A stretch of 64,000 nt of DNA from Candidatus Marinacidobacterales bacterium (GTDB taxonomy: Bacteria > Acidobacteriota > Vicinamibacteria > Marinacidobacterales > DATDRI01), in contig CBDCNP010000002.1 of the NCBI GenBank assembly GCA_965219415.1, positions 896,001-960,000 on the forward strand, in the 5' to 3' direction. Positions within the stretch are counted from its first letter, which is position 1; each line of letters opens with the position of its first letter. Positions 1 to 9,584 of this stretch are shown piece after piece. A program made the position numbers and the translations under genes. The notes beneath the pieces were generated by a model. The model saw nothing but the letters and a program-made list of their open reading frames with translations, searched no databases and was not told where the DNA came from.

Positions 1-507
1 TGATCTCGTCTCGGTATAGCCCTCCCGACGCGCCATCATCATGGGGGTCAGTCCCCTTCTTTCGATCCTGGGGTTGGCGCCCGCGTCCAGAAGCGCCCTC
101 ACGATCTGGGGACGGCGTTCCATTGTGGCAAGCACCAGCGCCGAGGAATCATCCTCGTTCTTGAGGTTCTTGTGCGCCCCCACCTCTAGCAAGACTTGGA
201 GCGCGTCAAGATGGCCCCAGAGGGCTGCCATCATCAAGGAAGTCGTGCCGGAGCTCGTCTTGCTATTGACGTCGGCACCCCCCTCGATCGGTGTATGGAC
301 CACCGTCGCATCGCCCGTTCCGGCCGCGACATGCAATGCCGTCGAGCCGTTCTCGTCCCGAAGGTTCGGGTCTGCGCCGTCTTCCAAGAGGCCGCGTATC
401 TCGTCGGCGTCACCTTGTTTCGAGGCCTCGATCAAGGCGGTGTTGGGATCTCCCTGACAGCCTGCAAAAGCGGTTATGAAGCTTGCGAGCAGCGCGTTAC
501 GGAGCAT
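1..507 (-). CDS. Ankyrin-repeat lipoprotein (3' end runs off the window)
   Basis: Own translation of minus strand from ATG 507: MLRNALLASFITAFAGC (lipobox-like), then ankyrin repeats (GADPNLRDENGSTALHVAA, GADVNSKTSSGTTSLMMAALWGH, AGANPRIERRGLTPMMMA). Not in the ORF track because there is no stop in the window. Confidence 0.85.
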   Translation of the reverse strand, partial: MLRNALLASFITAFAGCQGDPNTALIEASKQGDADEIRGLLEDGADPNLRDENGSTALHVAAGTGDATVVHTPIEGGADVNSKTSSGTTSLMMAALWGHLDALQVLLEVGAHKNLKNEDDSSALVLATMERRPQIVRALLDAGANPRIERRGLTPMMMARREGYTETRS

Positions 508-585
508 GTCATCTAATGTACAGGCAGGCACGCGGAACGCCACAAGGTCGAACCTGCACACTTTTAGATCAGACCCTTGCTATAT

Positions 586-1353
586 TTAGGAAGCTGCCTC
601 GCCGAGCCCGGTAACAATGTAAGTACCGCTTCTCTTGTCCTTGCTGATCTTGATGAGGTCTTGCCGCGCCGCGTCCTCAAGCAACTCGTTGAACCGACTG
701 TAGCCGTAATAGGACTCGCTGAAGGATGGATTCTTTCGCTTGAGGGTCTGCTTGACCATCGAGCCCCAGATGACTTCTTTGTTTTCGCGCTCGAGCGCTT
801 CGATGGCGCCTAAGACCAGCTTGAAGCATTCCTGCTTCTTCTTTGGGAGCTTGGCCATGCCTGGAAGTGTGCGAGGCATTTGCCGGACGAGATCATCGTA
901 GTAAATAAACTCGTCACAATTCGACGCCAAAAGATCAGAGGTGGAGTTTTTGACACCCACCCCGATCACCGTCTTGTCGTTTTCCTTGAGCTTGGATACC
1001 AAGGGGACGAAATCGCTGTCCCCCGAGGCGATCACGAAGTAGTTGACGTGCTCTTTGGAGTAAGACAGGTCGATGGCGTCGACCACCATCTTGATGTCGG
1101 CGCTGTTCTTGCCGCTGTAACGTCGTTGCGGGATGTCGATGAGCTCGATGCCCGCTTCGTGGAAGGGACGCTTGAAGTCTCGATAGCTGCCCCAATCGGC
1201 ATAGGCCTTTTTGACGATGATCTTGCCCTTTTCCACCAGCCGCTCCAGGATCCGGCCGATCTCGAAGCCTTTGCCTTTGGGCTTCGAATCCCTCACCCCG
1301 AGGGCAATGTTCTCAAGGTCGACGAAGAGGGCAAGCTTTGGTTCTTCTGCCAT
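586..1353 (-). CDS. NYN domain (LabA/DUF88) protein with C-terminal OST-HTH/LOTUS domain
   Basis: FVDLEN, KNSADIKMVVDA, SGDSDFVPL motifs; C-terminal FSESYYGYSRFNELL typical of OST-HTH. Confidence 0.9.
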   Translation of the reverse strand: MAEEPKLALFVDLENIALGVRDSKPKGKGFEIGRILERLVEKGKIIVKKAYADWGSYRDFKRPFHEAGIELIDIPQRRYSGKNSADIKMVVDAIDLSYSKEHVNYFVIASGDSDFVPLVSKLKENDKTVIGVGVKNSTSDLLASNCDEFIYYDDLVRQMPRTLPGMAKLPKKKQECFKLVLGAIEALERENKEVIWGSMVKQTLKRKNPSFSESYYGYSRFNELLEDAARQDLIKISKDKRSGTYIVTGLGEAAS

Positions 1354-1426
1354 GGGAAACCGTGGGGCCTACTCTATTACAGCGAGGCCAATGGAGCTAG
1401 TGGTAAAGGAAGGGAGCGTCAGGCTG

Positions 1427-2434
1427 TCAGGCTGTGCCCAGCTCGTCGCGAGATTTGTCGTGGCGTCGCTTCAGCTCGCCGTTCCACGGCGGCGTCACGA
1501 GAGTCACGTCTCCCTCGCACTGGGTTTGACAAGCAAGGCGAATCAGTGGCTTCGAGTCGTCGGCTCCGTTGATCGCGTCGTATCCAAAGTAGTTCAACCG
1601 CTCTTTCTCAAAATCGGAAATGTCGGTCAAGTTGCTGTTCCCCTGAATCACGCCGACCCAACAGTATCCGCAAGATGCGACGCGACACTCAACCGGGATG
1701 GGTCCATCGATGCAGCGATAGTCCATCGCCCGGTAGTCGCGCGAGTCGGTCGCCGCCGCCATGGCCAGGTCCTGCCCGTGTCGGGCTTCGAAGAACGCGT
1801 CTGCCTTGCTCTCGTCCCAAACCACCCGATAGCTTTGGCCCAACCCCTTCAGGTATCCGATCACCCCTCCCCCACTCTTCTTTCCGCGCTTCTTAACAAC
1901 TCCGTCAGGAGTGTGGGATGTCCGATCTTTGCGAGCGGGGGGAGCGGGCTTTTCGGCAGCTGCAGCAAAGGCTTTCATCCCCACTTGCTGCAGGATCATG
2001 AACGCGACCGCGCTAATGCCGACAACGATAGATTCCTGGGTCTTTTCCTGGGACGCCACACCGCCCGACACTTCTCGAATGCGCTCTTCTAAGCTTTTGC
2101 CCTCGGGTTTGTCGTAGCCCTCGGCATGCGCAAGGACCGCTTTCTTGACCGCCGGCCAATACCGCGAGCCGTAGAGAAAATCCACGGACTCGTCGATCTG
2201 TTCGCCGAGCCGCCACTTCCCCTCCAGATCCATCACGCGGGCCATCTCCCCGAAGCCGGAAGACTCACCGAGCGACTCGTTGAGCTCGAGAGGCCAGAAG
2301 CCGAACCAGATGCGAGTGGCGGTCTGGTCGACGGGATGGATAGAAGGAACGAGGCTACTCAATATTTCGTTCCAGGTCTGCTGATTGTGTTCTTGTAGGA
2401 AGGAAACGAATCGATTCTTTTCTTTGACGCTCAT
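1427..2434 (-). CDS. Protein with C-terminal 2Fe-2S ferredoxin-type domain and uncharacterised N-terminal domain
   Basis: CRVASCGYC...RLACQ ligand pattern in the last ~110 aa; the N-terminal ~200 aa is not recognised. Confidence 0.8.
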   Translation of the reverse strand: MSVKEKNRFVSFLQEHNQQTWNEILSSLVPSIHPVDQTATRIWFGFWPLELNESLGESSGFGEMARVMDLEGKWRLGEQIDESVDFLYGSRYWPAVKKAVLAHAEGYDKPEGKSLEERIREVSGGVASQEKTQESIVVGISAVAFMILQQVGMKAFAAAAEKPAPPARKDRTSHTPDGVVKKRGKKSGGGVIGYLKGLGQSYRVVWDESKADAFFEARHGQDLAMAAATDSRDYRAMDYRCIDGPIPVECRVASCGYCWVGVIQGNSNLTDISDFEKERLNYFGYDAINGADDSKPLIRLACQTQCEGDVTLVTPPWNGELKRRHDKSRDELGTA

Positions 2435-2620
2435 GGACTTCTTCGAAAACTCCTTAGGGGGGGAAACTTCCCCGAGAGGCTACATCCTAGCACAACGGAT
2501 TCTTGACCTCCCGCCAGTGTTGCGGCGAGCACACAATAATGTAGAGTAGGGGGTCCGCCGCAAGCCCGCGGCAAGCCCGCTTTAGACGACCGAAAGCGTC
2601 GAGAAAGGAGAACCTCTAGC

Positions 2621-3226
2621 ATGAACATGTATCTCAAAATCTTGGCCCACCCGGTGTTTACCGATCTCGGCTTCCACATGCCCATGATCATAGATCTGTC
2701 TCACCCTCTGATCCTGCTGCAGGGAGAGAACGCATCCGGGAAGTCGACACTGCTCCAATCGTTGTACATGGCTTTCAGGGGGGAGCAGACCGACGGGTAC
2801 GTCTACAAGGCCGAGCTCGAGGGCATCCATGCCAAGGAGACCTTCTTGTTCGACGCCGAGCAGCACAACCCGCGGAACCAACTCGGCTTCTTCGAAAACC
2901 AGCCGGCGATGAAGGAGTTCCTTGAAATGGCGAGTCATGGCCAAGTGATGTTGACTCTTTTCAAGGAGAGCTTTCCCAAGTTGCCGGAAGGCACAGTACT
3001 CCTCCTCGACGAACCCGAAATGGCACTTTCGACATCCAATCAGAGGCGCGTGCTCAAGATGCTCTTGGAGCTCGTCGACCAGAAGAATTTCCGAATCATC
3101 GCCGCCACCCACTCCCCGACCCTGATCGAGGCCAATGAGACATACGTGATCAATCTGGATAACCACATCAATAAGAACGTGATCCCCAGCGACATGGGAG
3201 TCGAAGGACATAGCACGCTGCATTAG
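2621..3226 (+). CDS. AAA/ABC-type ATPase (COG3910-like, stand-alone)
   Basis: Walker A GENASGKST, signature-like SHGQ, Walker B LLLDEPE, switch ATHSP; RBS AAGGAG upstream. Confidence 0.85.
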   Translation: MNMYLKILAHPVFTDLGFHMPMIIDLSHPLILLQGENASGKSTLLQSLYMAFRGEQTDGYVYKAELEGIHAKETFLFDAEQHNPRNQLGFFENQPAMKEFLEMASHGQVMLTLFKESFPKLPEGTVLLLDEPEMALSTSNQRRVLKMLLELVDQKNFRIIAATHSPTLIEANETYVINLDNHINKNVIPSDMGVEGHSTLH

Positions 3227-3556
3227 CTGCACCCATAACTCGAGTTAATACAAGCAATTGCGGGCTTACCGCTCGGTCGCGGGGAATCCCCGACGGCTTT
3301 AAAAGGTTGTAAACAAAGCGCTTCTTTGGCTGGGGAACCGACTTCCCGACCATTGGGGACCATTCGATGGTCCCGAGGGCCATTACAGTCCGGATTCCGG
3401 CTAGTTCGTTGATTTCTGGTAGCTTGCGCGGTTCGACTCCCCTATTTTGTATCGCGTGTCGATTCATTTGTTCGTTTATGTTGGTGGGAGGATACAACTT
3501 ATTTCTCAGACTCCCCCAACCATAACCGCCCTATAACCGAAGAGGTGGAGTTTCTC

Positions 3557-5614
3557 ATGCATCGACCGGTCAAGTACGTTGAAAAGGCTGTCACCTACGT
3601 CGCAAACGGTGCGTGGTTCGTCTTCGAGAGACTGAACCGCGTCCGTCCCAGGCCCTCGTTCACACCTAAGTGGTCGGACAAACCGCTGCAGAAGTCGTGG
3701 CAGAAGACCAAGCCAACTCTGGGCTGGCCCCGGACAACGGACTCCTTGTGTCCGAAGTGCATCCCGGAGGCGCGGGACCAGATCATCAACGGCGATGCGG
3801 ACTACAAAGTCTTCATCAACGAGAAGGTCGGAGAGATCAAGGCTCAGATCATCGAGCGTGACGGGAACATCATGATGGTCAAGGACTGCCCGCGGCACGG
3901 GCACTTCGAGGACCTCATGGCCATCGATACCGATTTCTTCGCGCACCTCGAGAAGACGTTCCCCGGTCGGGACATCCGCGCCCACAACGACTCCAAGCTT
4001 CACAATCACGGCAGCAGCACCATCAAGCACGGCCGGGGGTCGATCCTCACTATCGACCTTACCAACCGCTGCAACATGATGTGTGATCCTTGCTTCATGG
4101 ACGCCAACCAGGTCGGCTTTGTCCACGAGCTCACATGGGATGACGTGAAACAGCTCCTCGACAATGCCATGACCATCAAGCCCAAGCGCCAGATGTCGGT
4201 GCAGTTCTCGGGTGGCGAGCCTACGATGTCCCCGTATTTCCTCGATGCGGTTCGTTACGCAAGGAAAGTAGGCTACATCAGCACCCAGGCAGCAACCAAC
4301 GGGATCGAGTTCGCCAAGAGCACGACGTTTTGCCGAGAGGCCGCAGAGGCCGGCTTGCGCTACGCGTACCTGCAGTTCGACGGTATCGGAAACGCCGCCA
4401 ACTCGCACCGTCGCGTCGGCAACCTCTTCGACGTGAAGCTCCAGGCGATCGAGAACCTGTACTCCAACGGCGTCGACATCGTACCGGTCATCACCCTCAT
4501 CAACGGTATCAACAACGAGCAAGTCGGTTCGGTGGTCCGGTTTGCGCTGGATAACCCCAAGAAGATCCCGTTCCTCTCGTTCCAACCGGTGTCCTTCACC
4601 GGTCGCGACGAGGCGATCACCCCGGCGCGGCGCATGGCGCAACGCTACACGCTGTCTCACCTCGCACACGACGTGAAGAACCAGACCGGACTCGGCGAGC
4701 CGGCGCGCGATTGGTTCCCGATTTCGTTCCTAGGAACCTTCTCCGACTGGGCGGACCTCGTTCACGGTCCGGAAAAAGATTGGGGCCAGTTCGCCTGCGG
4801 CTGCCACCCGAACTGCGGCGTGGGCATGGCGGTCATGGTCGACAAGGAAACCAAGGAGCGGGTACCGGTCACGGCGTTCTTGAATGCCGATCGGCTATCC
4901 ACGGATATCGCCACCCTGAATGACGCGGCGCGAGGAAAGTTCTGGTCGGCTTTCGGCATGGCGTTGTCGGTGACGCGAAACTACGATTCGTTCAAGTCCC
5001 CGACCCACTTCACGCTCAAGGCCTTCCTCGAGAAGTTCGACAAGACCTACAACGTGACCGGAAAGAACTACGGCAAGGTCACCGGCGACCGGACCATGGC
5101 GGACATCGAGAAGCGGCGTGCCGACCGGTGGAACTTCCTGTTCATCGCCGGCATGTGGTTCCAGGATCTGTTCAACTACGACTTCCGTCGCACCGAGCAG
5201 TGCATCATCCCTTATGCCACGCAGGAAGGCGAGATCTCCTTCTGTGCCTACAACACTGGCGTTGGCTGGCGTCAGATCATCGAGAAGATGCATCAGACGG
5301 CAACCATCCACAAATGGTATGAGGAGCGCGGCCGACATCTCATCTACGCCGGCGGCAAGGAAGTCGATCTGCCATCCAATGGGCACTCTCTCGTGCTAAA
5401 CCAGACCGACGTCGATCACGGTGTGCAAACCGATCTCGACGAGAAGGGTATCGCCAAGAATGCTCGCGACGAGAAGCGGCAGGCCCGTGACGCGCAGCTG
5501 GTCAAGACGCCTGAGGACGAGCGGATGGCAAAGCTCTACGAGGAAGTAGTCCTCAAACAGACGCCGAGCACACCGCAACAAGACATCGTGAAGATCGATC
5601 AGATCGACGTCTAA
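3557..5614 (+). CDS. tes: Radical SAM protein, tetraether lipid synthase (Tes/GDGT-MAS, MJ0619-like) family
   Basis: N-terminal TDSLCPKC...KDCPRHG metal site, CNMMCDPC radical SAM motif, SGGEPT, YLQFDG, FQPVSFTGR, CGCHPNC, GMWFQD, CIIPY...SFCAYN; GAGGTGGAG RBS before ATG 3557. Confidence 0.8.
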   Translation: MHRPVKYVEKAVTYVANGAWFVFERLNRVRPRPSFTPKWSDKPLQKSWQKTKPTLGWPRTTDSLCPKCIPEARDQIINGDADYKVFINEKVGEIKAQIIERDGNIMMVKDCPRHGHFEDLMAIDTDFFAHLEKTFPGRDIRAHNDSKLHNHGSSTIKHGRGSILTIDLTNRCNMMCDPCFMDANQVGFVHELTWDDVKQLLDNAMTIKPKRQMSVQFSGGEPTMSPYFLDAVRYARKVGYISTQAATNGIEFAKSTTFCREAAEAGLRYAYLQFDGIGNAANSHRRVGNLFDVKLQAIENLYSNGVDIVPVITLINGINNEQVGSVVRFALDNPKKIPFLSFQPVSFTGRDEAITPARRMAQRYTLSHLAHDVKNQTGLGEPARDWFPISFLGTFSDWADLVHGPEKDWGQFACGCHPNCGVGMAVMVDKETKERVPVTAFLNADRLSTDIATLNDAARGKFWSAFGMALSVTRNYDSFKSPTHFTLKAFLEKFDKTYNVTGKNYGKVTGDRTMADIEKRRADRWNFLFIAGMWFQDLFNYDFRRTEQCIIPYATQEGEISFCAYNTGVGWRQIIEKMHQTATIHKWYEERGRHLIYAGGKEVDLPSNGHSLVLNQTDVDHGVQTDLDEKGIAKNARDEKRQARDAQLVKTPEDERMAKLYEEVVLKQTPSTPQQDIVKIDQIDV

Positions 5615-5642
5615 ACAGCTCAACCAGGCAGTACCTCCTAGC

Positions 5643-5680
5643 AAGAAGAGCCCGCCGGAAACGGTGGGCTCTTCTATTTT
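5643..5680 (+). terminator. Rho-independent terminator after tes
   Basis: GAAGAGCCCGCCG-GAAA-CGGTGGGCTCTTC followed by TATTTT. Confidence 0.8.
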
Positions 5681-5714
5681 GCTTATCCCCTATGCTAACT
5701 TCTCTTTCGCACCT

Positions 5715-5989
5715 ATGAGCCTCTTTGATCGCCTCATCGCTTCTTCCCTTCCCACGAGGCGCCCGTCTTGTCCCGCCACCGCGCCAGCGTTAGGCGGCCG
5801 TCCGGCCAGCGTCTCAGGGGCGCCCACCCGGTTTCCGGTGCGCGCCCCCGGCAGAAAGAACGACGTCGGCATAGGCGGAATCGGCGGTGAGCTGCCGGCC
5901 GATGCAAACGACAAAATCCAACTGGAGAGAGTCTCGGAATGCGATAAGGCTCTCTCCCTTCAAGACGGCGTCCAGAAGCCCGCTGGCGT
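5715..5989. pseudogene. Collapsed remnant of a proline dehydrogenase + molybdopterin oxidoreductase locus
   Basis: 5715-5753 matches 13532-13570 (MSLFDRLIASSLP); 5856-5923 and 5937-5989 match 16502-16569 and 16645-16695 (LDFVxCIxRQLTADSAYADVVL; ASGLLDAVLKGE). Confidence 0.8.
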
Positions 5990-6198
5990 ATGTGGGGGGA
6001 TGTTGTTCGCGGCTTCCTTGCCTCCCAAAGCCTGCGAGAGAGTCTCCAGATACTGGGTTCAACCATCCCGTTCTCCCCACTTCTCGAACGGAAACCAGAA
6101 AATGTAGGTCGGGCCCCCTCGACGACTTTCTTCACGAAGTCTTCGAATTGAGGGGCCGCGGTGGGGCCGATCTCGAGCCCCTTCGTCCTGCCTTGTTG

Positions 6199-6629
6199 TC
6201 AGCCCATGCTCGAAAGAAGCCCGCCGAGAGCGCCCTCGAGCGAGCTCGACTGCGGCACTTCGCCTTTCGGTGTGAGCTGATTGACGAGGGAAGGAAGCAC
6301 AGCGGCGAGCGCAGGTCCTGCCTCCGCCAGCCCGATCCCCGCCTTGCTCGCAAACTGACTTATCGTATCGTTGCCCAACACGCTCGCAAGCTGGTCCGCC
6401 CCGATCGACTCGTTCTTGCCCGAGCCCACCCAGGACGACATAACGCTGCCGAGACCTTCACATCGAACGCGCTCATGAGCCCGCTTAGACCTGCGTCGCC
6501 GCCAATCGATGAGTCTTTGGAGCTCAGCAGGGTCGCCGCGGCCGCGATGAGCTGCGGGTTCTTCGCCGCCATGCTTGCCATGCCCTCAAGGCCGCCCATG
6601 TTTTTCATTACGTCATCCACTAATCCCAT
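6199..6629 (-). CDS. YidB/DUF937 family protein (frameshift near 6455)
   Basis: Joined frames give MGLVDDVMKNMGG...GLSGLMSAF...SSWVGSGKNESIGADQLASVLG...LAAVLPSLVNQLTPKGEVP; RBS AAGGAGG. Confidence 0.85.
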
Positions 6630-6885
6630 GATTTCCTCCTTTTCCTTGTGTTGTTTTCTTGTTGCGCTCAAAGCCGCCGATTATAGGAACCCGCCTTGGC
6701 TTTGAGCTTCGCCGTCTCGCGCCGCTACTCGGCTCCGTTCGTCTTGAGCGTCGACCGGGCGACGCTCCCCCAGTAGCACGAGTTGATCTCCCGCGTCAAG
6801 TTGCTGATGCGGGCGTGGTGGGTGGAGTGGTCCATGAAGAGAAAGTTCTGGACCAAGTGCGTGGTACCTGTTCACCCAAGTGGGT

Positions 6886-6941
6886 GGCACTTGGTGGCCT
6901 GGCGCTTGGTGGCGGCACTTGGTGGCCTGGCGCTTGGTGGC
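6886..6941. repeat. Perfect 28-bp tandem repeat x2
   Basis: GGCACTTGGTGGCCTGGCGCTTGGTGGC at 6886-6913 and 6914-6941, built from CTTGGTGGC subunits. Confidence 0.9.
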
Positions 6942-7020
6942 GCTGGTAGCCGATTCACGGAGGGCGGTTCGGCAGGAATCGCCGCCTAGACCGGGGAAAC
7001 GCTCTTCTGTTCATGAGGTC

Positions 7021-8459
7021 CTAAGATCTCGAGAAATCGGGTTTCACTTTCAGCACGATCAGCGTCATATCATCGTCCGCGGGCCGTCCTCCGCTCCAAC
7101 GCTCGGCCTCGGCTACGAGATGCTCCACGACCTCCCTCGCGGCGCGTGGACCCGCTTTCTTCAGCACATCCTTCGCACGATCACGGCCGAACATCTCCCC
7201 CGCATCGTCGAAGAGCTCTACCAGTCCGTCCGACATGAGCACGACCGTGTCACCCGGCGATAGCGCGATGGCCTTTTTCTCGTACGGGACATCGACGTCC
7301 ACCCCGATCCCGAGCGGCAGGCCGCTCAAAGAAACCTCCTCCACCCGCTTTGACCCGCAACGACAAACCATGGCCGGTGGCATGCCGGCCCCAACTAGCT
7401 CGAGCCTGCCCTCCCGAAACCGGCCCGCCGCCAGAGCCATGTAAAGTTGGGGCGGCGCCACGCCTTCGAGCGCTCGCGCCGCCTTAGACAGCACCGTTTC
7501 GAGCCGACCTTCCTTGGAAAGAAGCTCGAACAGGCTCTTCATTGCGGTTACCAAAATGCCTGCTCGAGCTCTGTGCCCGGCCGCGTCGCCGATGACGAAC
7601 GTGAGCGCACCGGTCTCGTCCAAGTCGAAGTCGTAGTAGTCACCTCCGACCTCACTTGCGGTGAGCATGTAGGCTGCGATCTCCAGGTCTGGATGGTCGG
7701 GCAGAGTCGCCGGAAGCATCGAGAGCTGGAGCTCTCTCGCCTCCTCGAGCTCGCGCGACTTGCGTTCGTTCTCCTTTTCGAGAAAGCTCCGCTCGAGCTC
7801 GCTCCGCCGTTCCTCTTGCGCCTCGTAACGACGGCTGACGGTACGGGCCGCTATCGACGCTGGGACGCCAATCAACAGCCCCAGGATCAGGGCGACCGCG
7901 ACGAGAGCGATTCGCAACCTCTCAACCTCCCGTATACGCGCGCGGAGTTCTCATGCGACGAGACCGTCCATTTCGTGTTCGGCAGAGATGTGAAATGGAC
8001 GATCTCCGAAGGCATGCCGGCCCCGAAATGGAGTAACCCGCTGGCGCTCTCGCCGCCATGGATGAGCTCTTGCCATGGAACTTCGCCTCTTCCGCTGAAC
8101 TCACGGTCGAACGTGGCGTCCGGTTTTACGGACATGCCGAGCACGTCGAAGTCCGGGTGGCTCAGGTACTCCACGTCGTTCTGATCGATGAGACACACAT
8201 ACCCTCGGTCCGCCTGAGTGCCCTCGATCGCGTCCTGAAACTCTTCGATGACATCGGCACGGCTCGCGCCCGATGCCAAGCGATTCTGGAGAAAGCGGGA
8301 CATCGCGAGCGCCTGGCGGCGGTTCACGTCCGATTGAAGGCGAAAATAGCCTCGCTCCACGTACCTCACGATCACGGGCAGCGCTACGGCTCCGACGACG
8401 AAGAGAACGAGGAACACCGCCAAGAACGTGTATAGCGAAACGAGTTTGGGTCTTAGCAC
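7021..8459 (-). CDS. PP2C/SpoIIE (RsbU-like) phosphatase with N-terminal membrane-flanked sensor domain (frameshift near 7920)
   Basis: EVGGDYYD, IGDAAGH, SDGLVE, DDMTL motifs in 7021..7917; TM plus Cache-like extracytoplasmic region in the 7887..8555 frame. Confidence 0.85.
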
Positions 8460-8596
8460 TGTTGGATTCGCCTCCGTCGGGCCAGTCGCTGTTGGAGTAT
8501 GCCGTGGATGCCGGCGTGAGTGTGCACCGTAGCCCTCCTCGCCGCCAACGGGCATCCCACCGCCTTAATGATGGCGAACAAAACAATGCGCTGCAT
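8453..8596 (-). CDS. Possible small protein (47 aa) or degraded gene
   Basis: Strong RBS AAGGAG ~9 nt before ATG 8596, MQRIVLFAII..., TAA at 8453-8455; lies downstream of a putative ECF promoter. Confidence 0.3.
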   Translation of the reverse strand: MQRIVLFAIIKAVGCPLAARRATVHTHAGIHGILQQRLARRRRIQQC

Positions 8597-8701
8597 GAAA
8601 TCATCTCCTTTTCGTCTTGTCAGGTCGTGCCGTTCCGACTGGCTGTAGCCGGACTCCGGTCGAACTGACTGACCGCTGCAACCGGAGGCGTGAAAGCCCC
8701 T

Positions 8702-9494
8702 CTATTGCCTAGGAAACAATCTCAAGCGTGGGAAAGTTCCCGCTGGTTCTATAGAGGGTAGGAACTGCGGTCCGCTGGCTGGGAGAGTCGCCTCGGTTCG
8801 TCTCCCGCTATTCAGGTGCCCCTCGTTGATGCGCACGTCGTCGAACCAAGCGATCGATGATGACTGGGTATCGTCGGTGTCCACGATGACGGCGATGGCT
8901 CCTGGCGAGCCTTCCGGGGGTCGACCGAATCCCATCTGAAAGTCGTCCCAAACGTCTCGCTGTTCGAGAATCCATTCGCCGCTCTTTTCGTTTCCGCGCT
9001 CGAGGACGATGGTGGCGACGTTGTCCAAATGAGGGCTTCGGAACACGGCCCCGACCGGCTCGCCGGCCGCCCAAACATAGCAGAGTCCCCGCGTGCTTCG
9101 ACTGAACGTGCCCGACCCAAAAGTGAGGAGAACGCGGGCCGCGTAATCGTCGCCGTCCTTCGAACGTTCGTTCCGGTTTGCTGTCAGGCTCGACGCGACT
9201 TTCCAACGCCAAGAGAGCTCGAGCGTTTTCCGAGGTTCGACATCGAGTAACCGAAAATGCCGACGCGGAAGCGTCGCTCGTTGCTCGCAGCACGCGTTCC
9301 CCGGAGTCAACAACCACATCGAAACGGGTGGACCGAGAGGCCAGCTTGCGGGTCATCCAGTTCTCGTCCCAGCCGGAGCGGAATCCACCGAAAAGATCGC
9401 GCGACTTGCTCTCCAACAGCTGGCCGAGAGCGAGAGACCCGAGGAGCGACACCAGGAGCGCGACGCGAACCAACCAGCGTGGTCGGATCAACAT
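8702..9494 (-). CDS. DUF3047 domain protein, secreted (frameshift near 9255)
   Basis: Signal peptide, then LSWRWKV, ERSKDGDDYAARV, LCYVWA, IVDTDDT motifs. Confidence 0.8.
8715..8740 (-). promoter_or_regulatory. Putative ECF (SigH/SigR-type) promoter
   Basis: Minus strand GGAACTTTCCCACGCTTGAGATTGTT = GGAAC-N18-GTT. Confidence 0.5.
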
Positions 9495-9584
9495 CCTTAC
9501 CTCTCGACGAATTTCAGGGTGCAACGTTCTCTTTCGCCGATCTAGTCTCATGCGCAATTCTCCCTGACGGAGCTCTACCCACGG

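Noticed and set aside
586-3226. NYN nuclease + ATPase as an anti-phage defence pair
   Set aside because: The genes are on opposite strands, separated by another gene, and both belong to common stand-alone families.
3415-3445. tRNA-like T-loop GGTTCGACTCCC
   Set aside because: No acceptor stem, D-arm or anticodon arm can be folded around it, and there is no CCA end.
3506-4669. Long antisense ORFs (also 46344..47585, 49017..50612, 37150..38079, 38599..39519)
   Set aside because: Shadow frames opposite well-supported genes, expected from high-GC codon bias; no motifs.
6886-6941. Possible CRISPR repeat
   Set aside because: The two units are directly adjacent with no spacers, and there are no cas genes.
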